Of a stretch of 64,000 nucleotides of DNA, positions 48,707 to 58,704 are shown piece by piece (within the stretch, counting starts at the first letter, position 1; each line of letters starts with the position of its first letter). A program made the position numbers and the translations under genes. Source of the stretch: Minisyncoccia bacterium (lineage in GTDB: Bacteria; Patescibacteriota; Minisyncoccia; Phycocordibacterales; UBA9973). The notes below the pieces were generated by a model, which had not been told where the DNA came from, did not search any database, and saw nothing but the letters and a program-made list of their open reading frames with translations. The stretch spans positions 20,388 to 84,387 of the forward strand of contig JBMOIO010000001.1 of assembly GCA_049317285.1 (NCBI GenBank), in the 5' to 3' direction.

Positions 48707-50782
48707 AATATCGAGATTCGCAAGTTTTGCGTTGGATTGAATAAAGCTTTTTCGAGGAGCAACTTCGCTCCCCATCAGGACATCAAAGATAGTATCAGCC
48801 TCAACAGCGTCGTCGATAGTGATTTGTTTCATCACGCGACGAGCAGGGTCCATGGTAGTTTCCCATAGTTCGTCGGAATTCATTTCACCCAAACCTTTAT
48901 ATCGCTGAATAGAGATTTTTGTCGCGCGCTTCTTCTTTGTTTCTTCGCCTTCTCCCTCCTCTTCTTCTTCAGACATTGCTTCTTCTCCTTCTTCCAGTAC
49001 AACTTCCGGTGCTACTCCTCCGATACTCTTAAGCACTGCTTCTTTTTCAGTATCGTTGTATGCATAAAAAAGCTCTTTTCCTTTTTTGATCTTATAGAGT
49101 GGCGGCTGTGCAATATACACATACCCCGCATCAATAACAGCACGGAAATAGCGGTAAAAGAGCGTGAGAATAAGGGTGCGGATGTGTCCACCGTCGGTAT
49201 CCGCGTCCGTTGCAAGCACGATTTTATGGTAGCGCATCTTTTCAAGATCAAACGTGTCTCCGATAGAAGTTCCCATCGCAATCACCAGGTTCTTAATCTC
49301 CTGGCTCCCGAGCATACGGTCAAGACGCGCTCGCTCAACATTCAAAATTTTTCCGCGAAGTGGAAGGATTGCCTGGGTTCGGCGATCACGCCCCATCTTT
49401 GCAGTACCCCCCGCGGAGTCCCCCTCAACAATAAAGAGTTCGCTCTCGGAAGCGTCCTTAGTCTGGCAGTCAGCGAGCTTCCCTGGAAGAGTCATCCCTT
49501 CGAGTGCACCCTTGCGGAGAATATTATCTTTTGCAGCTTTTGCAGCTTTTCGTGATCGAAGTGCCAAAAGCCCTTTCATAATGATTGCCTTTGCCTGGTC
49601 GGGATTTTCCTCCAAGAAAGTGGAGAATGCGTCGCCAAACACGCTCGTAGTTGCGCCCTGCGCTTCCATTGAGCCGAGCTTTGCTTTTGTCTGGCCCTCA
49701 AACTGAATCTCGGCAAGCTTTACAGAAACCACGACAGTGATTCCTTCTAGGACATCGTCTCCAGTAAAAGGACCGTCTGCATCTTTGATAAGATTGTTTT
49801 TCTTGCCGTAGGTATTAAGGACACGAGTGAGTGCAGTTTTAAAACCGGTAATATGCGTTCCGCCTTCAGAGTTGTAAATATTGTTTGCAAACGGCACGAT
49901 ACGCGCACTGATATCGTCAACATACTGAAGCGCGACTTCAACACCAACACCGTCGACATCTTTTTCACAGTAAAATACCGTGTCGTGAATCGACTTTTGG
50001 TGTTGGTTGTAGTGGCGCACCATGGACTGGATTCCTCCTTCAAAATAGTAGGTGATAGAAGGCGCTTCAACAGCAAGTTCGGAGAACCAAAATGCTTTTG
50101 TTGCATCAAATGACTCTTCCGCATTTCGCGCATCGATAATAGTGACACGCAATTTTTTGACAAGGTATGCCTGCTGACGAAGGTGGTCAACAATTGTTTT
50201 CCAATCAAACACAATCCCTTCTTTAAAAATAGTCGGGTCCGGCTGAAAGGTAATGATTGTTCCGTTCATTTTTGTGGTGCCGATTTTCTTTACTGCCGCC
50301 TTCTTATTCCCTTGCGAATATTCCTGTACCCAAATAGCACCTTCTTTGTGCACTTCTGCGCGTGTATAGTCAGAGAGCGCATTTACTACTGATGCACCGA
50401 CACCATGAAGCCCTCCGGACACCTTGTACCCTGACTCGTCTCCACCAAATTTTCCTCCGGCATGGAGTGTAGTCATCACCGTTTCAAGCGCTGACACTTT
50501 TGTTTTTGGATGAATACCTACTGGAATACCTCGACCATTGTCGACAACGCGCACCTGATTGTTTGGCAAGAGCGTTAACTCAACATGGTCGGCAAAACCA
50601 CCCATCGCTTCGTCGCGTGAGTTGTCAAAAATTTCCCATACCAGATGATGAAGTCCGGTCGGCCCCGTAGAGCCGATATACATTCCGGGACGGCGGCGCA
50701 CCGGTTCAAGCCCCTCAAGGACTGAGATTTGTTCTGGGCCGTAGCTTCCCCCTTTCTTTTTTTCAGCTTCAGATTTTGCCAT
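48704..50782 (-). CDS. gyrB: DNA gyrase subunit B
   Basis: ...LEGLEPVRRRPGMYIGSTG...LHHLVWEIFDNSRDEAMGG (GHKL ATPase) ... Toprim ... C-terminal QRYKGLGEMNSDELWETTMDP. Confidence 0.9.
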   Translation of the reverse strand: MAKSEAEKKKGGSYGPEQISVLEGLEPVRRRPGMYIGSTGPTGLHHLVWEIFDNSRDEAMGGFADHVELTLLPNNQVRVVDNGRGIPVGIHPKTKVSALETVMTTLHAGGKFGGDESGYKVSGGLHGVGASVVNALSDYTRAEVHKEGAIWVQEYSQGNKKAAVKKIGTTKMNGTIITFQPDPTIFKEGIVFDWKTIVDHLRQQAYLVKKLRVTIIDARNAEESFDATKAFWFSELAVEAPSITYYFEGGIQSMVRHYNQHQKSIHDTVFYCEKDVDGVGVEVALQYVDDISARIVPFANNIYNSEGGTHITGFKTALTRVLNTYGKKNNLIKDADGPFTGDDVLEGITVVVSVKLAEIQFEGQTKAKLGSMEAQGATTSVFGDAFSTFLEENPDQAKAIIMKGLLALRSRKAAKAAKDNILRKGALEGMTLPGKLADCQTKDASESELFIVEGDSAGGTAKMGRDRRTQAILPLRGKILNVERARLDRMLGSQEIKNLVIAMGTSIGDTFDLEKMRYHKIVLATDADTDGGHIRTLILTLFYRYFRAVIDAGYVYIAQPPLYKIKKGKELFYAYNDTEKEAVLKSIGGVAPEVVLEEGEEAMSEEEEEGEGEETKKKRATKISIQRYKGLGEMNSDELWETTMDPARRVMKQITIDDAVEADTIFDVLMGSEVAPRKSFIQSNAKLANLDI

Positions 50783-50855
50783 TTACTTGATACAGTATAG
50801 CATTTTTTTGCACTAAGAGCGAGCTTGCCAAATAACCCTTTTATTCACTAATACA

Positions 50856-53795
50856 CTATAAAACCCCATATTTATGGGCCATAGCACAATACTTACACAC
50901 ATCCCCTTCTCTATAGAGTTTCGCATGGCAGGATCTCGTCACCCACTCTCCATTTTTGACCAATTCGTCATATTCCAAAATATCCTGACGCAATCTCTCA
51001 ATTTCTTGCGAAGTGATATGGCGAGAAACAATAGCGTTTTTATCCCCCGCCTTTGCCTCAAGAAAGACAAGGCGGGACTCTGACACAGTAGTAGTATCTC
51101 GTGTCATCCCCTGTAATAGATACGAATACATGGCAAGTTGGCGCAGATATGATGACATGCGACCTTCTTCATCAGACTTTTCAATATCAGCTTTTGTTTT
51201 TGTGCCTCCTGTTTTCCAGTCGGTTACCCGCACTTCCTGAGTTATAATTTCTTCTACTAAATCAATTTTTCCAAACAGTGTGAGATGTGCAAAGTCTGGA
51301 TCAACATAAGAGAGTGCTCGCTCGGTACTGTACGGCTGTATAATATCCGGAAGTGTTGTCTTGATCCATGAGTTCACAATAGGTGTCGCTTGTACGACTA
51401 ATTGTTTTGTATGAGCTTCATCATAGCGTGCTTCACGGAATGCAAGCGCCTCTATTATTTCCTTACAGTCTGCACTACCACTTTTAAGTACCGCCTCAAT
51501 TGCGCCGTGTACCACCGTACCGACGTGGAGAGACTCATTTTCAGGCTCCGGCAATTGCAATAAATTTCTAAAATACCACTTCCAGGTGCATTCAAAAAAG
51601 TTGTTGAGCATGGTCACTGAGACACGGCGTTTTGCATATTCTTCTCGTACCATTTCTTGCAATGCAACACGTGTTTCTGTCTTTTCAGGTGCAACTGCAT
51701 CGGTATACAAGCGCGGCGCGTGCCCGAGAATAAGAGCTTCAGATTCTTCTGCAGTGCTTTTTTCAAACAATTCACCAGGAAGTGCAGCAACGACACTTGC
51801 AAGAGACTGGTCGCTTCCGCTATAGCTGTGTCGCGCGTAGGAAATAGTGCAAAACCGCTTTGCCCGAGTAATCGCCACATAGAGCTCGCGTTTCTTCACC
51901 GACTCATCGTGTAATTCCTCTTCTTTTGAGAGCGCTTCTGGTAGTGTAAATGCCTGCCGTTTACTTCCCATAAAGGACCGCTCATCCATGTGCGCAATCC
52001 ATACCACATCAAATTCAAGCCCCTTAGATCCGTGAAGTGTGAGCACTTTGACGCCCTGCCCGGCCCCAAACACGGCAAGTGGAATATCTTCATCATAGGC
52101 TTCTAATCGTGCAATAAATGCCAAGAAATCCAAGACCGTGACCTTTTTTCCGCGTTCGCTCTGCGAAAGTGCAAGATGCAAGAAGGTCCGGACAATTTCA
52201 ACACGGCGACGTAGTACTTCATCTGTAGCTTCGGTGGCGAGAAAACAATCTTCTGCAATATGCTGAACAAGTCCGTAGGCATCAGTTGTCTGTGCAAGAG
52301 TAATCCAACTCGAAAGTGTCTCACCCCAAGTCCGTATTGGATCATCGGAAGACTCGAGTACTCTTTCAACTGTGATTTTTTTATTGGTCGAAAGATAGCG
52401 ATGTGCAGTCATCGGTGGAATGCCAGCAAGCGGGTCAAGTAGCGTGTGTGCGACTGAAACCACATCAAACGGATCAGCCACAATGCGAAGCATTGTGAGT
52501 AATGACTGCGCTTCGGGCAATTCAAATAACTGTAGTGTCGTGCTTGAGGAAACTTGGAGCCCCATGTCGCGGAGCGTTTGCATCGCGCTTTTTACCTGGC
52601 GGTTTTTGGGCACCAGAATCGCACAGTCATTACTATCTACCCCTTGTGCAATTTTTTCTTGTATCGAAAGCCCTGCAAGAATGATCTCGTCGCGCGGGTA
52701 ATCAGCTTCAATAAGGCACAGTGGGTGCGCTTCTGCAGTACTACCGGTGAGCTTCCCTTCTGCCAGGTCGCTTTGCAAAAGCGTTTCAGCCATATCCAAT
52801 AGTGTTTGTGTTGAGCGATAGTTTTCAGTAAGTGTAATCAGTGTTACCGCTCCGAACCCTCGTTTAAATGCTTCAAAGTGTGACAATGACGCTCCCCCAA
52901 ATCCATAGATCAACTGACGGTCATCCCCCACCACAAAAAGGTTTGGTTGCTCAGTATCACCCCATACCAAACGCAAAAATTCATTTTGAATCCCGCTTGA
53001 GTCTTGGTGCTCGTCAACCAATACATACAAGTATCGCTCTCGAATACTATCGCGGACATCATCGGAAGTTTCTACCAATCGCACCAAGTGTTCAAGTACA
53101 TCATTGTAGTCGATCAGTCCGCGCTCGTTTTTTATCTCTTCATAGAGTGCATAAAAGGCTCCCGCCTCCATACTTCGCTCAAAGCTCTCTAATTTCTTTT
53201 CGACATCCTTTTTTATCTGCCCCTTTGTCTCTCCCCGAGAAGAAATGCTTGCTGGATCATTTTTCAAAGAATCCATTTCTCGCTCTATGCTTTCAATAAA
53301 TGCCGCCGGAGTGATTCGGTCGCGCTTCAGGGTTCCTATGAGCGACTTGAGATCGCGAAAATACATCGAAGGCGCGGCGCGGGGGCGTAGATACTGCCAG
53401 TCGCGCATATACAGCAGTTCATCAAAAAGTGCGACCGTTGAAGTATCTTCTAAAAGTACCGGCACCACATCATAGTCCAGTGCGTGATAAAACTCTTCAA
53501 TCAATGAAAGCGTAAAACTGTGAAAGGTGTTGACCTTTACCCGAAGTGCAGAAGGGCCAATGTATCGCATCAAGCGCTCGCGCATGGCTTTGACTCCAGC
53601 ATTCGTAAATGTCAGACACAATACGCCGTCTGGCGGAGTATCTGTCTTGGTCAGGATGTTTGCAATGCGAAGAGCAAGCACCTGGGTCTTGCCGGTACCC
53701 GGGCCCGCTATCACCATGACAGGCCCTTCAATAGTGTCGACCGCTTCTTTTTGCTTGGTATTTAAGGTCTTATACGCTGCTACGAAGTTTTCCAT
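50856..53795 (-). CDS. UvrD/PcrA-type SF1 helicase fused to a C-terminal PD-(D/E)XK (RecB/Cas4-like) nuclease domain with a 4-Cys cluster
   Basis: N-terminal AGPGTGKTQVLALRIANIL, DEHQDSS (Walker A/B); C-terminal GKIDLVEE...DWKTG nuclease motifs and C...CHAKLYREGDVCKYC. Confidence 0.8.
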   Translation of the reverse strand: MENFVAAYKTLNTKQKEAVDTIEGPVMVIAGPGTGKTQVLALRIANILTKTDTPPDGVLCLTFTNAGVKAMRERLMRYIGPSALRVKVNTFHSFTLSLIEEFYHALDYDVVPVLLEDTSTVALFDELLYMRDWQYLRPRAAPSMYFRDLKSLIGTLKRDRITPAAFIESIEREMDSLKNDPASISSRGETKGQIKKDVEKKLESFERSMEAGAFYALYEEIKNERGLIDYNDVLEHLVRLVETSDDVRDSIRERYLYVLVDEHQDSSGIQNEFLRLVWGDTEQPNLFVVGDDRQLIYGFGGASLSHFEAFKRGFGAVTLITLTENYRSTQTLLDMAETLLQSDLAEGKLTGSTAEAHPLCLIEADYPRDEIILAGLSIQEKIAQGVDSNDCAILVPKNRQVKSAMQTLRDMGLQVSSSTTLQLFELPEAQSLLTMLRIVADPFDVVSVAHTLLDPLAGIPPMTAHRYLSTNKKITVERVLESSDDPIRTWGETLSSWITLAQTTDAYGLVQHIAEDCFLATEATDEVLRRRVEIVRTFLHLALSQSERGKKVTVLDFLAFIARLEAYDEDIPLAVFGAGQGVKVLTLHGSKGLEFDVVWIAHMDERSFMGSKRQAFTLPEALSKEEELHDESVKKRELYVAITRAKRFCTISYARHSYSGSDQSLASVVAALPGELFEKSTAEESEALILGHAPRLYTDAVAPEKTETRVALQEMVREEYAKRRVSVTMLNNFFECTWKWYFRNLLQLPEPENESLHVGTVVHGAIEAVLKSGSADCKEIIEALAFREARYDEAHTKQLVVQATPIVNSWIKTTLPDIIQPYSTERALSYVDPDFAHLTLFGKIDLVEEIITQEVRVTDWKTGGTKTKADIEKSDEEGRMSSYLRQLAMYSYLLQGMTRDTTTVSESRLVFLEAKAGDKNAIVSRHITSQEIERLRQDILEYDELVKNGEWVTRSCHAKLYREGDVCKYCAMAHKYGVL

Positions 53796-53847
53796 ATCTC
53801 TATTGTATCACGGGGTTTCGCCCTCAATTCCTGCTATACTGACACTC

Positions 53848-54960
53848 ATGATTTCAACAAAACTGCTTTTTGGTATTCTCGTATTCCTTGGATTTATCGG
53901 CCTTATTGTCCTCTCGGGGAAAATGTACGCCAGCGCCTTCCGGCTTTCTCCGTACTGGTCAAAAGCTGCGATGGCCTCCGGAGTTCTCGTCCTCGGCGGA
54001 TTTATCCTCGCCATGACAATGGGGAGAAGTGCTCAGTCACTCCACCCGAGTATGTATACAATACTCAATATCATTGCAGGGTTTGGATTGTATCTCTTTC
54101 TTGGAGGAATTGCGCTTTCAGTAGTTTCTTTCGGTTTCCATCTTGCCAAAGTATCCCTTCCTCTTGCAGTTCCTATTGTGTTCCTCAGTATCTCTCTTCT
54201 CTTTGGTATCACTGGACTCATCCAGTCGCGATATATTACAACAGTAGAATATGCTGTGACGCTGCCGAACTTGCCCGAAGAATGGAATGGTAAGCGAGCC
54301 GTCCTTGTTGCCGACACGCACTTTGGCCTAGTGAATCATGTAGGATTTTCCGACAAGGTAGTAAACAATATCCTTGCTCTCAATCCTGATCTTGTTCTTA
54401 ATGCCGGAGACTTTTATGACGGACCGAAAATTGAGACGGCACCAATCACTGCTTCATGGAAACGCCTTGCGGATACTATTCCGGTGTTTTATGCACCAGG
54501 AAACCATGAGGCATACGGCGATTACGAAGCATTTGTGCACTCCGTGCGAGATGCAGGTGTGACAGTGCTCGACAACAAATTGATTGAACATAAGGGTGTG
54601 CAGATTGCAGGAATTACCTATTATGGTACTGATGAAGAAAGCAAAGTCGCCGCAAAGAGTGCTCTGGAGAATCTTTCGCTTAATAAAGCTATGGCGGCGA
54701 TTCTTATCAACCATCCACCTACTTCCCTTGCTGAAGCAGAAACTGCCGGAGTAAATCTTATGGTTTCAGGACATACGCACAACGGACAGTTTTGGCCGAT
54801 GACCTATGTAGTCCGCCCAATCTATGGCATCTATTACTATGGACTCAATCTCTTCAATACAATGCAGGTGCTCACGACAAGCGGTGTCGGAACATTCGGT
54901 CCCCCATTCCGCACCTTCAATGCTCCTGAGCTTGTTGTTATTACGTTTAAGGCGCAATAA
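53848..54960 (+). CDS. membrane-anchored metallophosphoesterase (calcineurin-like)
   Basis: 4-5 N-terminal TM helices then VADTHFG...NAGDFYDG...GNHE...GHTHNGQ phosphoesterase motifs; the ORF-track upstream part overlaps the helicase and is rejected. Confidence 0.75.
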   Translation: MISTKLLFGILVFLGFIGLIVLSGKMYASAFRLSPYWSKAAMASGVLVLGGFILAMTMGRSAQSLHPSMYTILNIIAGFGLYLFLGGIALSVVSFGFHLAKVSLPLAVPIVFLSISLLFGITGLIQSRYITTVEYAVTLPNLPEEWNGKRAVLVADTHFGLVNHVGFSDKVVNNILALNPDLVLNAGDFYDGPKIETAPITASWKRLADTIPVFYAPGNHEAYGDYEAFVHSVRDAGVTVLDNKLIEHKGVQIAGITYYGTDEESKVAAKSALENLSLNKAMAAILINHPPTSLAEAETAGVNLMVSGHTHNGQFWPMTYVVRPIYGIYYYGLNLFNTMQVLTTSGVGTFGPPFRTFNAPELVVITFKAQ

Positions 54961-54993
54961 TAAAAAGCCTCACCTAATCGGTGGGGCTTTTTA

Positions 54994-55518
54994 TTATCTT
55001 CCTAGAGGCAGAATGCATGATACATACGACGACGTTACGGAATTCGTTAAACCAGGTCCGCACATTCCCGACCTGTACGGCAGTTCCAAAATCCAATGAA
55101 GTACCGGACCAGGCCCCGGGAGAGTGACGCCATCGTAAACAGTACTTGGCCCTGTTGAAGGGTGATACAAATATCCGCCGTATCCGCGTCCTCCGGGCGG
55201 ATCTACAGGTAGTGTTGGCATAGCTGTTTGAAGAAATGAATTGACCGTTGAATTTCTAGTGTACCCAGCCCATCCTTCATAACAAGTCGCACTCACACAA
55301 GCCCATCCCCCGGTACTCCCAGTAGTGTCCGGATATACCCCTGTATCGCCCGCCGCCAATGCAAACGCATTTTGAAGCTCTCGTACATCTGCATTGCGCC
55401 GTGCATTGCGTGCTTTCACTCGAGCGCTATTTAAGCTTGCCATAACTACTGATGCCAAAATGCCGATGACTGCAATCACGACGAGAAGTTCTATTAAAGT
55501 GAAGCCTCGGTTTTTCAT
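54994..55518 (-). CDS. type IV pilin-like protein (paralogue 1 of tandem pair)
   Basis: MKNRGFTLIELLVVIAVIGILASVVMASLNSARVKARNARR prepilin leader and methylation motif. Confidence 0.75.
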   Translation of the reverse strand: MKNRGFTLIELLVVIAVIGILASVVMASLNSARVKARNARRNADVRELQNAFALAAGDTGVYPDTTGSTGGWACVSATCYEGWAGYTRNSTVNSFLQTAMPTLPVDPPGGRGYGGYLYHPSTGPSTVYDGVTLPGPGPVLHWILELPYRSGMCGPGLTNSVTSSYVSCILPLGR

Positions 55519-55536
55519 TACTTTAGTATACCCCAC

Positions 55537-56058
55537 TTATGGATTGACCTGCAGCATGCACGACGCATGGGTGCCACTTACACCGAAACTCAAGATTCCT
55601 CCCGGCGCACAAGAACTTTCAGTTGCAGGCATTTCAACATTCCAATAGATATATGCTCCCGCAGGAAACGTCAGTCCATTATACCGAACACTTCCTGCCC
55701 ATGCATCGTAATACAAATACCCCCCATATCCGCGATTTCCTCCTGTTGGATCTGATGGTTTTGTCGGAAGGTATGGTGCTAAATAATTATCCACAGCACT
55801 AACAGCTACTTGTCCGCTCCAGCCGTCATAACAGGTGGCACTGACACATGCCCATACCCCGCCCGTGCTCGGGAGAGAACCTGATCCATCAAGACCTAAC
55901 TGAAATGCATTAAGAAGCTGTTTAACATCACTTGTGCGCCGTGCATTGCGCGCTTTTACACGAGCACTGTTCAGTGAGGCCATTACGACACTTGCAAGAA
56001 TACCGATGACAGCAATAACGACGAGGAGTTCTATGAGGGTGAAGCCGCGGTTTTTCAT
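55537..56058 (-). CDS. type IV pilin-like protein (paralogue 2 of tandem pair)
   Basis: Identical 41-aa N-terminus MKNRGFTLIELLVVIAVIGILASVVMASLNSARVKARNARR; divergent C-terminal domains, both with a conserved Cys pair. Confidence 0.75.
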   Translation of the reverse strand: MKNRGFTLIELLVVIAVIGILASVVMASLNSARVKARNARRTSDVKQLLNAFQLGLDGSGSLPSTGGVWACVSATCYDGWSGQVAVSAVDNYLAPYLPTKPSDPTGGNRGYGGYLYYDAWAGSVRYNGLTFPAGAYIYWNVEMPATESSCAPGGILSFGVSGTHASCMLQVNP

Positions 56059-56150
56059 TGAAGTAGTATAACAAATTTGCGGAGGCAGTTTTAGCTTTGT
56101 CGCGAGAGACGTCATTTTTTGCACTAAGTACATAACAGCAAAGCAGGTAA

Positions 56151-56525
56151 CTATTCTATTCTATATTTTGCTGTCTTTTTTGCTATGCGTTTTGGCTGTT
56201 TAACCCACTGATGACCTTCTTTTGTTCCTATTTGTTTCGCACGATTTGTTGCTCTTTTTTCCTCAACAGTTAGATGCTCACGTGCCTTTTTTGGTAAATA
56301 CCGGCTTTGTTTTGGTTTTCCTGTATACCCCCAATCCTCTTTTGTCCATTTTACTAAACTATTTTGTTGTGACTTTACTCCACTGTATCCACCCCCACGG
56401 TCTTTGTATAGCTTTACCGCATATTGCATAGCACGGGCAGAAAATTTACCCATCTTTTCCACCGCTTCAGTTTTACAATATTCCCACAGTGGTTCGTTGT
56501 CTCTTTTTGCGGATGTTTTTTCCAT
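56151..56525 (-). CDS. basic hypothetical protein (DUF5872-like)
   Basis: KTEAVEKMGKFSARAMQYAVKLYKDRGGGYSG...; low-GC region. Confidence 0.45.
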   Translation of the reverse strand: MEKTSAKRDNEPLWEYCKTEAVEKMGKFSARAMQYAVKLYKDRGGGYSGVKSQQNSLVKWTKEDWGYTGKPKQSRYLPKKAREHLTVEEKRATNRAKQIGTKEGHQWVKQPKRIAKKTAKYRIE

Positions 56526-56535
56526 GGGTTAAAAA

Positions 56536-56940
56536 CTAGATAACAACATGTACTATATATAAAATAACAAGAGCCATTGTGAGCATTCCTATCGCAGGGA
56601 GTATCTTTACTAGAGGATCTTTTATTTTTATATGCATTGTTATCGCGCCGAGCATAAGAACTGATAGTAGCATAAGTGCTGGTACCCCAAGTAGTGGCAT
56701 TAATTGCTGTATAAACAAAGCAAGAAACAGTATTATAGCGATGACGATTTTTAAAAAACCAACAACGTACATGAACCATGACGGTAGTCCATATACAGAA
56801 AATTCTTCTTTCATAGTATGTGCCCCTGCACCACGATATTTTGTCGCACGGCCAAACCTAAAAATCCATACATTGATTAACCCACTAGCAATCACAACCT
56901 GCAAAATAGGCACTGTCCAAATTATTACTATTTCTGACAT
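56536..56940 (-). CDS. DoxX-family membrane protein
   Basis: Four TM helices; DoxX-like layout; low GC. Confidence 0.55.
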   Translation of the reverse strand: MSEIVIIWTVPILQVVIASGLINVWIFRFGRATKYRGAGAHTMKEEFSVYGLPSWFMYVVGFLKIVIAIILFLALFIQQLMPLLGVPALMLLSVLMLGAITMHIKIKDPLVKILPAIGMLTMALVILYIVHVVI

Positions 56941-57176
56941 AATTAAAAAATTAAAAGCTTATAAAAAACTTGTCTTAATGGTACCATTTTAGCGATCAAA
57001 TCCCCATCACTTAATTTTTATGGGTGGTGATTTATAGTCGGTAATTTGTAATGGAAGAATCTCACGTCATCGTATAGTTCTTGTATTTGCGGAGGTGGGT
57101 TTATAGTCGCTGAGCATTTATATGAGCGCATGCGGAGGCATTATATAGTCGCTTTCGCTCCTTATAATGCACTGCG

Positions 57177-57406
57177 CAAAATATGGTCGCACTTCGTGCT
57201 CCCTATTTTGCGGTATTCATTGTACAAAATTCGAACCTTTTTTGAAAGCAATCCTGATGAGGAGTGATGCACGCCTCGTCCGCTCCCTTCGGTCGCGGGA
57301 GCAAAAACCAAAAATTTTCCTTACCTTTCTTTTAGATTTTCGGCGGGGGGTGTGGGGGGAGCCGACAAAAAATGGAAAGGAAATTTTTGGTTTTGCTTCG
57401 CCGTTT
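57177..57406 (+). repeat. 228-bp inverted repeat, copy A
   Basis: Near-identical (one 1-nt indel) to the reverse complement of 60676-60902. Confidence 0.85.
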
Positions 57407-57676
57407 CAGACTACAAAATGAACATTTGTATTATATCATTTGTGGTTCTTTGGAGTTGTTCATTTCTCCGTCCTCACGGCGATACGAGGCGCTTCCTCTC
57501 GGCGTTCTGTGGTATCTCTAAACTCTGTGACTTCGACCGAGTTCGGTGGTAACTCAAAGAATATGGATTGTGCACAGCACAAACAAATCTGTATGTGCTT
57601 GCCCCGCCCACCCTGTGCGTGCACACAAATCCCCACCGTTTTTAGGAGATATTATAAAACGGCGGGGATTGCTCCC

Positions 57677-58666
57677 TTAAACCTCAAATTCCTTATCAGT
57701 TTCTGCAAGATGTGTTTTCAATTCGTTAAGTCCCGCATCTAAAGCATCAATATAAACTTCTAGTTCGTAATTTTCAAATTTTCGAGTATTTTTAAATGTT
57801 TCAATTTTAGAAAACACAAAATCTAATTTTTTGATCACTTCGTGAGTTCCTGGAATTCTTATGGCTTCGCCAAATTTACCAAAACGGTCTTCCAATCCCT
57901 TTCTAATCTTTTTATATAATTCATGGTAATGATCGAAGCTCGGCCACGCTAAATGGTCATTCCACTGGAAACCGTAAATAAGATTTACTTGATATAGAGA
58001 TGGCTTATTTAGAAGCTCACCGAGCTTCTCACCCTTAAATTTTGTTTTATGTTGTTTTTCTTCTTTTTGTAATTCTTTCATAACAGTTTCAAGCTCAACC
58101 CCAAGATATTTATCCTGCAATTCAATAATTTCTGAAAACTTGATTGTTCTACTTTCTGTTTTTGTGTGCATGTATAGCATGTAGCGGAAGCCGTCTTTTG
58201 TTAAAGACGAGCGATCAATCATACAAGAAGTAACCTCGTCATTAGCATAAGTTGATTTTCTACCTTTTCTTTCTGTCTTAACAGGATGCCCGATAGTTTC
58301 GTTTCTTACCTGTCTGATTTTTGCCAATTCAGCATATTTTGCATTACCCCAATCAATTTTCTTATCATTACCAAACAAAGATATTTTCAAATAATTGACG
58401 GCATCTTGTTGAGTAAAAAGAGCTTGCAAGATTCCATAAGTTGCCAGATATGGATTTTTTATGAACAAATCATTCGGGTCTTGTTGAAAATTTTGGATAG
58501 CCAAACAAGTATCCCCAATAGTATCCAACGCCGCGCAAAACTGATTCCAATCACCATTCTTTTTCTTTAAAAAGACATTCGTCTTTTTAATAGTGGACAC
58601 GTTAAAAAAATTCCTGATTTGATTGCTCGTCTCTTCTATTTTAAGCTTTTTGTCTTCTTCGGCCAT
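57677..58666 (-). CDS. hypothetical cytoplasmic protein (island cargo)
   Basis: 329 aa, Lys/Glu-rich, no family recognised; flanked by ~31-bp direct repeats containing TATAAT. Confidence 0.55.
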   Translation of the reverse strand: MAEEDKKLKIEETSNQIRNFFNVSTIKKTNVFLKKKNGDWNQFCAALDTIGDTCLAIQNFQQDPNDLFIKNPYLATYGILQALFTQQDAVNYLKISLFGNDKKIDWGNAKYAELAKIRQVRNETIGHPVKTERKGRKSTYANDEVTSCMIDRSSLTKDGFRYMLYMHTKTESRTIKFSEIIELQDKYLGVELETVMKELQKEEKQHKTKFKGEKLGELLNKPSLYQVNLIYGFQWNDHLAWPSFDHYHELYKKIRKGLEDRFGKFGEAIRIPGTHEVIKKLDFVFSKIETFKNTRKFENYELEVYIDALDAGLNELKTHLAETDKEFEV

Positions 58667-58704
58667 GATTTGGTAAATATTATAAAACGGCGTGGATTGC
58701 TCTC

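Noticed and set aside
57020-57176. CRISPR array
   Set aside because: Only three degenerate ~20-bp motifs with unequal spacers and no cas genes; better explained as att-like or iteron remnants.
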